From contig OZ024754.1 of NCBI GenBank assembly GCA_964016885.1, forward strand, positions 32,798,001 to 32,862,000: a DNA stretch of 64,000 bases. Reading direction: 5' to 3'. The stretch is from Eledone cirrhosa (Eukaryota). Positions 1 through 14,262 of the stretch are shown here, one piece after another. Within the stretch, counting starts at the first letter, position 1; every line of letters starts with the position of its first letter. Position numbers and translations under genes: made by a program. Under the pieces are notes generated by a model. The model searched no databases, was not told the DNA's origin, and was given only the letters and a program-made list of their open reading frames with translations.

Positions 1-118
1 TTCCGTTTCACATTTGAAAAGAGGGTAGTAGCCCTGAAATATGTTGAAATATACAGGGTAAAACATTACTTTGATTTGTTTTATTTGTCATCGTTTGCCC
101 TTTATGTATTGAATATTC

Positions 119-186
<68 letters not shown>

Positions 187-211
187 TGGTTACACAACAG
201 TTAGTTCACCA

Positions 212-254
212 TACCGAGAACAATTGTTTCACCTTAGCGGATCCTCAGCTCGTA
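212..254 (-). ncRNA. Minimal type I hammerhead ribozyme (inverted copy)
   Basis: Reverse complement reads GAG CTGAGGA TCC-GCTAA-GGT GAAA CAATTG TT CTC. Confidence 0.7.
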
Positions 255-332
255 ATCGACATGGTTATACGGAACAGGAAGGACAACCGTACGAATGCGC
301 ATGCGCAGAAACCGTCCTATAACCATGTCCAT

Positions 333-375
333 TACGAGCTGAGGATCCGCTAAGGTGAAACAATTGTTCTCAGTA
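333..375 (+). ncRNA. Minimal type I hammerhead ribozyme
   Basis: Stem I GAG/CTC; core CTGAGGA 339-345; stem II CC/GG; GAAA 357-360; palindromic stem III CAATTG; GUU triplet. Confidence 0.7.
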
Positions 376-467
376 TGGTGATCTAACTGTTGTGTAACCA
401 CGTCTATCTAACTCGTCCCATGGACTGAGTGCTCTACCACTACGGATATTACCTTCCAGTGTTCTAC

Positions 468-515
<48 letters not shown>

Positions 516-821
516 CTGTATATATAGTGTATTTTGCAATACACTGTATGCTTGAATTAAAAGCATTTTGAAGACCTTACGCTATTGTTTTAAAGTAGTG
601 ACTATGTCACTTAATTCTTTTTTCAGCAAAGAAAGGGAGACAAGCTGACAGTACTGTTGGTACTCCTCAGAGCTTAGCACTCCCTTTGCTTGTTGAAAAT
701 TATGAATGTTGGATTCTTATAGAATTCCAGTAATAATCAGGAACTGGTTATACAGGGCCGTTGCCGGTCCAGCAAAAACTGAAAATTAGAATTGGTGCTG
801 AGCACCAATTCTAATTTCTAA

Positions 822-850
822 AGAGAGAGAGAGAGAGAGAGAGAGAGAGT

Positions 851-883
<33 letters not shown>

Positions 884-1044
884 TGAGAGAGAGAGTGAGA
901 GAGAGAGAGAGAGAGAGATAGAGAGAGAGGGAGAGTGTGTGTGTGTGAGAGAGAGTGAGAGAGAGAGTGAGAGATAGAGAGAGAGGAGTATGTAAGTGTG
1001 TCGGTTAAGCTCATACATACCAAGTATGTATTTGTGTGTGTGTA

Positions 1045-1118
<74 letters not shown>

Positions 1119-1129
1119 AAAAGATAGAC

Positions 1130-1178
<49 letters not shown>

Positions 1179-1230
1179 GACAGAAAGAGAGGAGTATGTA
1201 AGTCTGTCGGATAAGCTCATACATACTAAG
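822..1230. repeat. (GA)n/(GT)n microsatellites with a local duplication
   Basis: Two similar copies of gaggagtatgtaagt.tgtcgg.taagctcatacatac, each preceded by GA/GT arrays. Confidence 0.85.
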
Positions 1231-1261
1231 TACTGAGAAGGCTCATGGCTTATATATAAGT

Positions 1262-1323
1262 GAGATATGGTCACGAGTTCAATTCCCTGCGGCGCCGTGA
1301 AGCCTTGAGCAAGGCACTTGACC
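1262..1323 (+). mobile_element. tRNA-derived SINE fragment
   Basis: B-box-like gagttcaattccc followed by ccttgagcaaggcactt, matching the SINE at 61266-62004. Confidence 0.5.
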
Positions 1324-1537
1324 AACAAAAATGACAACAAAAGCTACGGCAACAACAACTTCAACGACAACCAGTAACAATAACAATAACAACAGCAAAA
1401 GCAGCAACAACAGCTACAAGAACAACACAAAAAGAATGTCAACAACAAAATCAATGTAAAAAATAACAAAAACATAAAGATTTCTCAACGTATCGATGCA
1501 TTTTATGGAACTCAGCGCGATATAGTGACAAATACAC

Positions 1538-3620
<2,083 letters not shown>

Positions 3621-3722
3621 TATAGACACACATACAGACATATACACATTTTTGTGCACAAGAGCACACACGTAGATATTTTCTTCGCTCCATTACTTAC
3701 AAACATATCAATATAATATATA

Positions 3723-3801
3723 TTGGGTTGTCAAGTATGAAGTTTGTAGAAATTTGTTTCTCTTCTTAAAAGTTCTACAAATTTCATACTTGACTACCCA
3801 A
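3723..3801. mobile_element. Mariner-type MITE (MADE-like, ~79 bp)
   Basis: ~29 bp TIRs ttgggttgtcaagtatgaagtttgtagaa / ttctacaaatttcatacttgactacccaa, with TA on both sides. Confidence 0.75.
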
Positions 3802-3837
3802 TATATTGATGCGGGCATGAGTTAAACGTTTAAGAAT

Positions 3838-4347
3838 TCACTCCCACTACGCGGCACCTTCAGTTGAATTGGTAACCACGTGACTCTGTCTTTACTCCCA
3901 CTACGCGGCCCCTTCAGTTCAATTGGTAACCACGTGATTCTGTCTTCACTCCCACTACGCGGCACCTTCAGTTTGATTGGTAACCACGTGACTGTCTCCA
4001 CACCCACTACGAGGCACCTTCAGTTTGATTGGTAACCACGTGACTGTCTCCACACCCACTACGAGGCACCTTCAGTTTGATTGGTAACCACGTGACTCTG
4101 TCTCCACACCCACTACGAGGCACCTTCAGTTTGATTGGTAACCACGTGACTCTGTCGTCACTCCCACTACGAGGCACCTTCAGTTTGATTGGTAACCACG
4201 TGACTCTGTCGTCACTCCCACTACGAGGCACCTTCAGTTTGATTGGTAACCACGTGACTCTGTCTCCACACCCACTACGAGGCACCTTCAGTTTGATTGG
4301 TAACCACGTGACTCTGTCGTCACTCCCATGCGCGGTACCTTCAGTTT
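3838..4347. repeat. Minisatellite, 58-60 bp unit, ~8.5 copies
   Basis: Unit cccactacgaggcaccttcagtttgattggtaaccacgtgactctgtc... Confidence 0.95.
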
Positions 4348-4711
4348 GTGTCTTCTCTTTAGTGTCGGAATGACCAATGTCTCGTCAGTAAATTTAGTAG
4401 ACAAAAATATCTGCATCCCGTCGTATATTACATCTTGTTGTTGTTGTTCTTCTTCTTATCACCCTCCTCCTCCTTCACCTCCATCTACTTCTTCTCCTCC
4501 TCCTCTTCCTTCTCCTCCTCCTTCAGGGATGTTATCTACCTCTAGGTCTCCTGCCATTTGGTTTTGCCCGTAAAATCTCGCCAGCGTTTACTTCCGGAGT
4601 CATTATAGACGCATGCCTGTAATAGTTGTGTGGCCATGTCCAGAACTTTGTCCGCATCTTTGTTTGCGTTCCGTGTTCTTAGCAGTACGACAAACTGGTG
4701 ACTCGGAGACC

Positions 4712-5805
4712 ATGTGACTGTGTGACTGTCACCATGTTACTATACGACGGTGTGACACTGTGAGACTGTCACTATGTTACTATACCACTGTGTCACACCG
4801 TGACTGTGTTACTATACGACGGTGTGACAGCAGACATAAGACTAAGTTACTATACCACGGTGTCACACTGTGACTGTGACTGTGCTACTATACCACGGTG
4901 TCACACTGTGACGATGCTACTATACTACGGTGTCACACTGAGACTGTGACTATTATTATACCACGGTGTCACACTGTGACTGTGACTGTGCTACTATACC
5001 ACGGTGTCACACTGTGACGATGCTACTATACCACGGTGTCACACTGAGACTGTGACTGTATTATTATACCACGGTGTCACACTGTGACTATGACTGTATT
5101 ACTATACCACGGTGTCACACTGACTGTGACTGTATTACTATGCGACGGTTACTATACGACGGTGTCACAGTGAACATGTGACTGTATGACTGTATGACTA
5201 TATGACTGTATGACTGTATAACTGTATGACTGTATGACTATGATTATACGACTGTATGACTATGACTGTGTGACTATATGACTGTGTGACAGTATGACTG
5301 CATGACTATGTGAATGTGTGACTGTGTGACTGTATGACTATATGACTGCATGACTATATGCCTGTGTGACTTGCCTATATGACTGTATGACTGTATGACT
5401 GCATTATTGTATGACTAAGACTATATGACTATATGACTGTAAGACTATATGACTGTATGGCTATATGACTGTAAGACTATATGACTGTATGACTGTATGA
5501 CTATATGACTACATGACTGCATGATTGTATGACTGTACTGTTTGACTGCATGACTATATGACTGCATGACTATATGACTGCATGACTATATGACTATATG
5601 ACTGTACGACTGTATGACTGAACGACTATATGACTGTACCATTGTATGACTCTACGACTATATGACTGTACAACTCTATGACTGCATGACTATATGACTA
5701 TCTGACTGCATGACAATATGACTATCTGACAATATGACTATCTGACTGTATGACTATATCACTGTAATTTGTATGACTATAAGACTGTATGACTGTCTGA
5801 CTGTG
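4712..5805. repeat. Minisatellite (tactataccacggtgtcacactgtgac) grading into an 8-bp (TATGACTG)n satellite
   Basis: Tandem units seen directly. Confidence 0.9.
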
Positions 5806-5880
5806 CAACTCTGGACATGATGTAGCAAGCCACCATTGCTATACAGTTCTATTTTAATATTATTTATTACACATTACAAA

Positions 5881-5923
<43 letters not shown>

Positions 5924-6439
5924 ATTAGATGATAACACAACTATAACTTTTTTCCCCCCAAAAGTAAAAGATTGTTCACGGAAGCTATATTAAAAACAAT
6001 ATCACTCTACATCACCTCACACCTGACCACACTCTTGTAACAGTCTATCCAGCATACGCAATTTCCTGATCGCACGACAAAATCTGCCGTTAATGTTAAG
6101 CTAAAGTATAAAGTCCGGTGATAATGATATAATCATTAATACAACGTAATTCCCATGATTCTTTGCGATAATAAAACAGCAATAACAAAGACCACTAATG
6201 ACTAGGAAGGTCTGCGAAACGTTGATGGTCCGAGAATCTTTATTACTCCACACAAAAATATAAAACGCTAAAGAGGAAATAAGAAAAATCCTTAATAAAA
6301 AAGATAAAACTCGTGTAGTATTTTATATATTTATAACATACTGTAACATATAATATAATATTCTAAATATAATATTATGTGGTGTATGTGTGTATGTGTG
6401 TATGTTAGTGTATACAGATGTATGCTTTTATGAATGTAT

Positions 6440-7370
<931 letters not shown>

Positions 7371-7406
7371 AGAGAATGAAAGAAAAAAGTTCTTAGCTCA
7401 TTTATA

Positions 7407-7516
7407 GCTTTACAATTGTTTCGGCATTACAATGATTATTACTCAGTTAAGATAAAAGTAAAGCGAATATATTTCAGTACAACTTAAATAATGGGAGGTA
7501 ATGCCTCTTCAGAAGC
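7407..7516 (-). ncRNA. Type I hammerhead ribozyme with long stem II insertion
   Basis: Reverse complement: GCTT CTGAAGA GGCATTAC-(~67 nt)-GTAATGCC GAAA CAATTG TA AAGC; 8-bp stem II, palindromic stem III, GUA triplet; within a TA-flanked ~250 bp island. Confidence 0.8.
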
Positions 7517-7617
7517 AAGAAGTATTTGGTTTGTATTTTTATATTTCATATAGAAATGTAAGGCTGTGTGGCCTGCATACAGCCGTAGGAGCTTGACCCT
7601 TCAGAGTATTTTGTTTT

Positions 7618-7670
<53 letters not shown>

Positions 7671-7674
<4 letters not shown>

Positions 7675-7716
7675 CTATTTTTAGCTCTGCTATATAGCAG
7701 AGCTAAAAATAGATCA
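7671..7716. repeat. Perfect 46-bp palindrome between (TA)n tracts
   Basis: tgatctatttttagctctgcta|ta|tagcagagctaaaaatagatca. Confidence 0.9.
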
Positions 7717-7718
7717 TC

Positions 7719-7751
<33 letters not shown>

Positions 7752-7850
7752 TATATATATAAAGTATATATTGAGATAAAACCTCACAATGTGATTTGTC
7801 CCTTGTGATTTGACGGTATATAGTTATATATCCGTCTTCGTCTCCCTTTA

Positions 7851-7887
<37 letters not shown>

Positions 7888-8049
7888 TTTAGGTTTGTTG
7901 GTTCACCACTGGATAGAACTGTCACTCCCTATAGTCAACCATGATGTAATATTAGGGAGAGCACTCGACGTAATGCAACTCACTCGTCTTCGCTTGTGTT
8001 GTTGGTGGTGCGAGTACGGAGTTAATTATTATAAAATGTCAAGAGGCTG

Positions 8050-8490
8050 GACTGGTGAAGTTGGTGGGAAGTAGTGGTGATGGTGGTGGTGGAGGTGGGG
8101 TGTAGTAATGATGGTGGTGGTGAAGGTGGGATGTGTAGTGGTGGTGGTGATGGTGGTGGTGGAGGTGGTGAGTGTAGTAGTGATGGTGGTGGTGAAGGTG
8201 GTGGGTGTAGAGGTGATGGTGGTGGGGGAGGTGCGGGAAGTAGTGGTGATGGTGGTGGTGAAGGTGGTGGGAAGTAGTGGTTATAGTGGTGGTGGAGGTG
8301 GGGGAAGTAGTTGTCATAGTGGTGGAAGTAGTGATGATGGTGGTGGTGGAGGTGGTGGGTGTAGTGGTGATGGTGGTGCTGAAGGTGGTGGGAAGTAGTT
8401 GTGATGATGGTGCTGAAGGTGGTGGTAAGTAGTGGTCATGGTGGTGATGAAGGTGGTAGGTGTAGTAGTGATGGTGGCGGTGGAGGTGGG
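8050..8490. repeat. (GGT)-rich low-complexity repeat
   Basis: Degenerate trinucleotide tract. Confidence 0.9.
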
Positions 8491-8575
8491 AGCAACTCAC
8501 ATCATTGGTATAAATTTCACGGAACCTGTACTGGTTGTCACATACATTTAAGTGTTTCTTATATTTATTCTACAT

Positions 8576-8616
<41 letters not shown>

Positions 8617-8633
8617 TATATTATATATATACT

Positions 8634-8682
8634 GATTCCTGATGATTTCTAAAGAATGAAACAGTTCTAGTCCTGTAGAATC
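8634..8682 (+). ncRNA. Minimal type I hammerhead ribozyme
   Basis: GATTC CTGATGA T-TTC-TAAA-GAA-T GAAA CAG-TTCTAGTC-CTG TA GAATC; all three stems pair; sits in a ~70 bp island between TA tracts; degenerate relative on the minus strand at ~47058-47095. Confidence 0.8.
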
Positions 8683-8697
8683 TCATCTATATTAAAA

Positions 8698-8758
<61 letters not shown>

Positions 8759-8762
8759 ATGT

Positions 8763-8801
<39 letters not shown>

Positions 8802-8871
8802 AATGTATATATATATATATATAAATATATAGGCAAAAGGGATATTTAATAGCGTTAAAACACCTTTAGCT

Positions 8872-9516
8872 AAGCTATTCTTTAAAGCTCTAGATAAATG
8901 TTTTCCTAAAGCCCATAGATACCATTCAATCTTTAACAGACATACAATAAAACTATCTTACTCTACTACTATGAACTTAGCACAAAATATAAATAGAATC
9001 AATAATAGAAATTTAAACCATAACCAAAATAGCAGTAATATCTCTAGCAATGTCCAACTTAATAATACCGTTCCGAATAACATCAACTCCACTAAATGTA
9101 ATTATAGAATTAAATCAAACTGTCCTTTAAAAAATAAGTGCTTAGATAAGGATATGGTCTATAAATGCACAGTCAAAACCAGTGATAAGATATTTAACTA
9201 TGTAGGTTCAACTTCTACAGACTTTAAAACTCGTTTTAATAATCACAAATGCTCGTTTAATAATATTTGTAAAACATCTTCACCTTCTCTATCAAACCTG
9301 AAATTGAACTTAAAATCCAAAAATACGGACTATTCTTTAACTTGGGAAATAATTTCAAAAGCACTTGCCTACCGAAACACAGCTTTATCTAGATTTTGCA
9401 AATTTTGTGTTGAGAACATTTTCTTCATACTTAAATGTAAGAACTCTATTAATATACGTATGAATTTATTTAGTTCTTGTAAACATCGCCTAAATTCAAC
9501 ATTATATAAATTATAA
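8872..9516 (+). pseudogene. PLE RT-EN linker and GIY-YIG endonuclease fragment (possibly Hydra clade)
   Basis: In-frame [31 protein letters not shown] upstream of the listed ORF; then C-x-Y-x5-CPL-x3-C, MVY...YVGST..FKTRFNNHKCSF, LTWEII, CKFCVE, CKH. Confidence 0.8.
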
Positions 9517-10941
9517 TTACAATTATAATATTCCTACTTATTTCCATATATTGTTTGCTATATTTTCACTTCTTATAATTTCACTTATTAAAATGTCTTA
9601 AATTATATACATATATGATCCTAAAATTTTTAAATTTTAATTTTTAATTTTAACTTTAATTTTAATATTTTTTAAGGTTTTTATAATTCTTTATTTTTTA
9701 TTTTTATTTTTTATGTTTTACTTCTTAAATCTTTCATTTTTCATTTATTATTTTTTATTTGTTACTTCTAAAATATTTCATATATTTAAAAATTACTTAT
9801 TTTAAAAAAAAATTATTTTTATTTTTTTTAAATCTACTTATCTCTTATAAAATATATTTTAATAATTTTTAAGGTTTTTTAAAAATGTTTTTGAAGGTTT
9901 TTTTTTTAATTTTTTAATATATATTTTAAAAATATTTTTTAAAGGTTCTTTTAAGGAGTTTTTAAAATTTTTTAAATATATTTTATATATATTTTTTAAA
10001 TATTATTAAAATGTTTTTAAAATATTTTTTAAATATTTTAAAAGTATTTTTTAAAGTATTTTTAAATATTATTTAAATATTTTAAAAAATGCGTTTTAAG
10101 TATTTTCCGAAAATTTTTTTTTAATTTTCCAGAATTTTTTATATTTTTTAATAATTTTTAATAACATTTTTTAATATCTTTTATTAGATTTATAACCAAT
10201 AACTAATTCAGGGTAAATATATCTTTCAACATTTATATCTTTGAAAAATGGTCTCATACTAATAAATAAACAAACAAAACTGGTGTTTTTTTCTGTATCT
10301 TCCCAATTTAAAACATTTAAAATATATAAATATTCTTATTAACTCAGTTAACTTAATGACTTACACTATATATAAACCAATATCCCTCATAACTCATTAA
10401 AACAATTATCTAACAAGATATACCCATCTATCCCTTCATATATCTATTTTACTATCTATCTATTTTTCTATTTATCTATTTTTTCTATCTATTTATTTTT
10501 CAATTTATTTTTTAATATATCTTTTATATATATTTATTTTTCTATATATATATCTATTTTTTCTATCTACTTATAATAGTAAATATTAAATTATATTATA
10601 TTAGAAAAGAATTCTAACAACAAAATAATAGTAAATATAAGTACTATTAGAAGATATAAACTTAAAACTTATTTCCGTTACATGAGTTCTATTCATCCTC
10701 TTGTAAATTTTTTCTCTCTATCTATCTCATAATATTAATATTTTTTCTCTCTCTCTTTCTTCCCTATCTTTCCCCAGCGTCATTTAAATAAACGGTTGTT
10801 TTTTCAATTATTTACACATTCATTTGCATATTCACACATAATTTTGAATAAATCCCTAATATGTTTTCCACTATCCAGTCAATTTCCAACCGATAAGGTA
10901 TGATTTTCATGGGTACATCTTTATTTATAAAACAAACTTTG

Positions 10942-11006
10942 TATTTTATCTGATGAAAGCGCACCAAGGTTGGCTTGGTTGCTCTTGAAATATATATAAT
11001 AAAATA
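10942..11006 (+). ncRNA. Type I hammerhead ribozyme at the PLE 3' end
   Basis: Perfect 8-bp stem I TATTTTAT/ATAAAATA; CTGATGA; long stem II AAG.GCA.CCAAG/CTTGG.TGC.CTT; GAAA; palindromic TATATA stem III; AUA triplet. Confidence 0.85.
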
Positions 11007-11065
11007 AATATGGTTTTATAAATATCGTTTCCATTTATTTAATATCATGATATATATATATATAT

Positions 11066-11812
11066 ACTAAGTACCCTCGGAAATATATTGGGTGTCTACG
11101 ATACAGTTGTTGTTCAATGGTATACATTTTGACATACCAGAACTATAAAATTGAGATAAGCGGAACAAGTAAAATTCAAACAATCCTTCAAAATAAATTT
11201 TAAAAATATGGTCCCTCGGATTTCCAATCTTTTGTGAGGCGAAACCGTCGGTAAAAGCAATATGGATAGGTAAATATTTAAATTATATTTTTTGAATTTA
11301 TTTTGAAGGATTGTTTGAATTTTACTTGTTCCGCTTATCTCAATTTTATAGTTCTGGTATGTCAAATTAATACCATTGAACAACAACTGTATCATAGACA
11401 CCCTATATATTTCCGAGTGTACTTAGTACCTGTGGAGATATTGATCTCATTTTATGTAAATTCTCCCATATGTAGAGAAAAAAATCCGTTGTTTACCTAG
11501 CTGCTATTTTTAGTGGTGTGGCAGACAACACGTCTATGCTACTCCCGCTTCTACTAACGACCAGTTCACGTGTAGGTCACGTTTACGGACCCATTCGATC
11601 CTGCACTAGCTGGCTGAAGTCAATATCCTTCCCGGCTGTGGGACTTTATGCCCTATGTAAGGGAAAATGCTTTCTGACGAGCCGAACTTTCCATTGGAAG
11701 TGCCTTGGTTTTCCAATCTTTTGTGAGGCGAAACCGTCGGTAAAATCAATATGTATAGGTAAATATTTAAATTATATTTTTTGAATTTATTTTGAAGGAT
11801 TGTATGAATTTT

Positions 11813-11815
<3 letters not shown>
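11066..11815. mobile_element. pLTR-like non-autonomous element: inverted arm plus partial 489-bp tandem repeat
   Basis: 11066-11208 is the inverse of ~11285-11428; 11221-11326 is directly repeated at 11710-11815; same family at 55611-55890. Confidence 0.8.
11668..11748 (+). ncRNA. Type I hammerhead ribozyme
   Basis: TGCTTT CTGACGA GCC-(long loop)-GGC GAAA CC-GTC-GG TA AAATCA; the upstream repeat copy has the perfect stem I partner AAAGCA. Confidence 0.8.
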
Positions 11816-11901
<86 letters not shown>

Positions 11902-12665
11902 TTCCATTCGCTAGCATTTGAATTGACCCGCCAAAAACCAGGGGTTATTTCCCTTGCCGGAATTAACACGTGATAACTATAGATTCGATTAGCAGCCATA
12001 CGACCGGCAACATATTTTGTCACTCCTGATTCTAAGCAGAACGAAAACCTGTTGATAAACTGAGTCCTCTTTCAGTCACCAATACCACGATCTTGCCATT
12101 CATGTAGTCTGATATTTGATTTCGGATTCAGAGAAACACTTTAAACGTATGCCCGTTTGATTTGTCCAGGTGTATTTTTCTCAACCTGATTAGTTCTATC
12201 GTTCCTTTGGTATATATTGTGTGTTAGTTTGGCCTACCACAATGTTCGATTTGTCAAACTATTTAAACATATGTTATAACTCTGAGACCTATCTTATCGA
12301 GTGCTTTGCTAACTTATCACTTCATATAAGTAGGCCGAATTTACTTGCAAACCGCCAGAGATTCGATTTTACTGATTTCCAATTATATATATATATATAT
12401 ATATATATAACTGTATACATATGTGTGTATCTATATCTGTTTGAGGGAGGTGTGTGTATATAAATTTCATTGCGGATTTAATTTCTGTGTGTGTATATAT
12501 ATAGAAATAAAGTGCACAAAGACACACATCTACTCACACATTTTAAAACATTCATTGACACATATATCCTAAAATACGCGCGCACACACACATATATATA
12601 TATATAATATATATACGCACACACTTACATATACTCAAGCGTATACATATTTGCATCCATATATA

Positions 12666-12739
<74 letters not shown>

Positions 12740-12785
12740 GGCGTATACATATACTCAAACGTATACATATTTGCATGCATATATA

Positions 12786-12827
<42 letters not shown>

Positions 12828-12829
<2 letters not shown>

Positions 12830-12888
12830 GGCGGTACGCCAGCATGGCCTCAGCCGGATGGCTGAAACAGGTAAAAGAGTAAAAGAGT
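12828..12888 (+). mobile_element. Short non-LTR 3'-end fragment with (TAAAAGAG)n tail
   Basis: gccagcatggcctcagccggatggctgaaacagg followed by repeated taaaagag. Confidence 0.4.
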
Positions 12889-12911
12889 ATATGCATATTT
12901 ATATATATATA

Positions 12912-13187
12912 TTAATAGATGAAGTAATTCCATCGGAAAAGTCCAGGAAAAAAGAGTGCTCTATGTATGCAACAGAGCTTAATTATTATTATTATGTAAT
13001 AAACAACATAAGGCAATTATTCCATTTACCAGTGGTTTCTTAAAAGCAAAAGGTTTTGCTTTCAATCCTCAGAATGAAAACAAACCAGGATTTTTCATTC
13101 TGAGGATTGAAAGCAAAACCTTTTGCTTTTAAGAAACCACTGGTAAATGGAATAATTGCCTTATGTTGTTTATTACATAATAATAAT
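12912..13187. mobile_element. Palindromic TA-flanked element
   Basis: Perfect arms ~12985-13080 / 13092-13187 plus a unique tail; related copy at 56190-56375. Confidence 0.8.
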
Positions 13188-13361
13188 ATATATATTAATA
13201 TATATATATGCATATTTATATATATATATATGCATATATATATATATATATATATAAATATATATGCATATATATATTTATATATATATATAAATATATA
13301 TGCATATATATATTTATATATATATATAAATATATATGCATATAGACACCCGATATATTTC

Positions 13362-13475
13362 TTTAATCTGTTATTTTAATAAATATTTGCACTACGGTTC
13401 TTATATATTTGATATATATTTATCCTTATCGAGCTCTCTTTGGATTTTAGTCTTCAAATTTATTATTATTACTAT
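13362..13475. repeat. Left arm of an inverted repeat whose partner is 19100-19212
   Basis: tttaatctgttattttaataaatatttgc...ttcaaatttattattattac is the reverse complement of ~19101-19212. Confidence 0.9.
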
Positions 13476-13560
13476 ATATATATTATATATATATATATAT
13501 GTATATATATATGCATATATATATATATATATTATATATATATATATATGTATATATATA

Positions 13561-13652
<92 letters not shown>

Positions 13653-13662
13653 TATATATATA

Positions 13663-13696
<34 letters not shown>

Positions 13697-13742
13697 TATA
13701 TAAATATATATATATATATGCATATATATATATATATATATA

Positions 13743-13814
<72 letters not shown>

Positions 13815-13888
13815 TATATATATATATATATATATATATGCATATATATATATATATATATATATATGCATATATATATATATATATA

Positions 13889-13940
<52 letters not shown>

Positions 13941-13964
13941 TATATATATATATATATATATATA

Positions 13965-14127
<163 letters not shown>

Positions 14128-14262
14128 TCATATTTATATATATACGCTTCTCACTCACACACAAGAAAAACAAAAAACAAAAATAAATCAAAAATAAATT
14201 TTAAAAAAAAATATATATATATTGAAATACTTAACTAAAACACACACACACTCAAAACTAGA

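Larger units (their letters stand above)
186..470. mobile_element. Non-autonomous palindromic Penelope-like (pLTR-type) element between (TA)n tracts
   Basis: Inverted arms 186-269 / 318-401 plus a unique tail to ~470; (TA)n on both sides; each arm holds a hammerhead motif. Confidence 0.75.
8832..11049 (+). mobile_element. 5'-truncated Penelope-like retroelement (GIY-YIG endonuclease end, AT-rich 3' region, terminal hammerhead)
   Basis: C-terminal ORF fragment, long AT-rich tail, hammerhead at 10942-11006, TA repeats on both sides. Confidence 0.75.

Noticed and set aside
5-52. Hammerhead-like motif (AGGG/CCCT stem + GAAA)
   Set aside because: Core reads TTGAAAA and stem III is unclear; at best a decayed copy at the window edge
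620-700. Minus-strand CTGAGGA + GTAC/GTAC stem inside an imperfect inverted repeat
   Set aside because: No GAAA box after stem II
3860-4310. ER-stress element (ERSE/ERSE-II) in the minisatellite
   Set aside because: Spacing is ATTGG-N3-CCACG, not the N1 (ERSE-II) or N9 (ERSE) spacing
4358-4393. Minus-strand CTGACGA-GAC-ATTG-GTC
   Set aside because: No GAAA box or stem III
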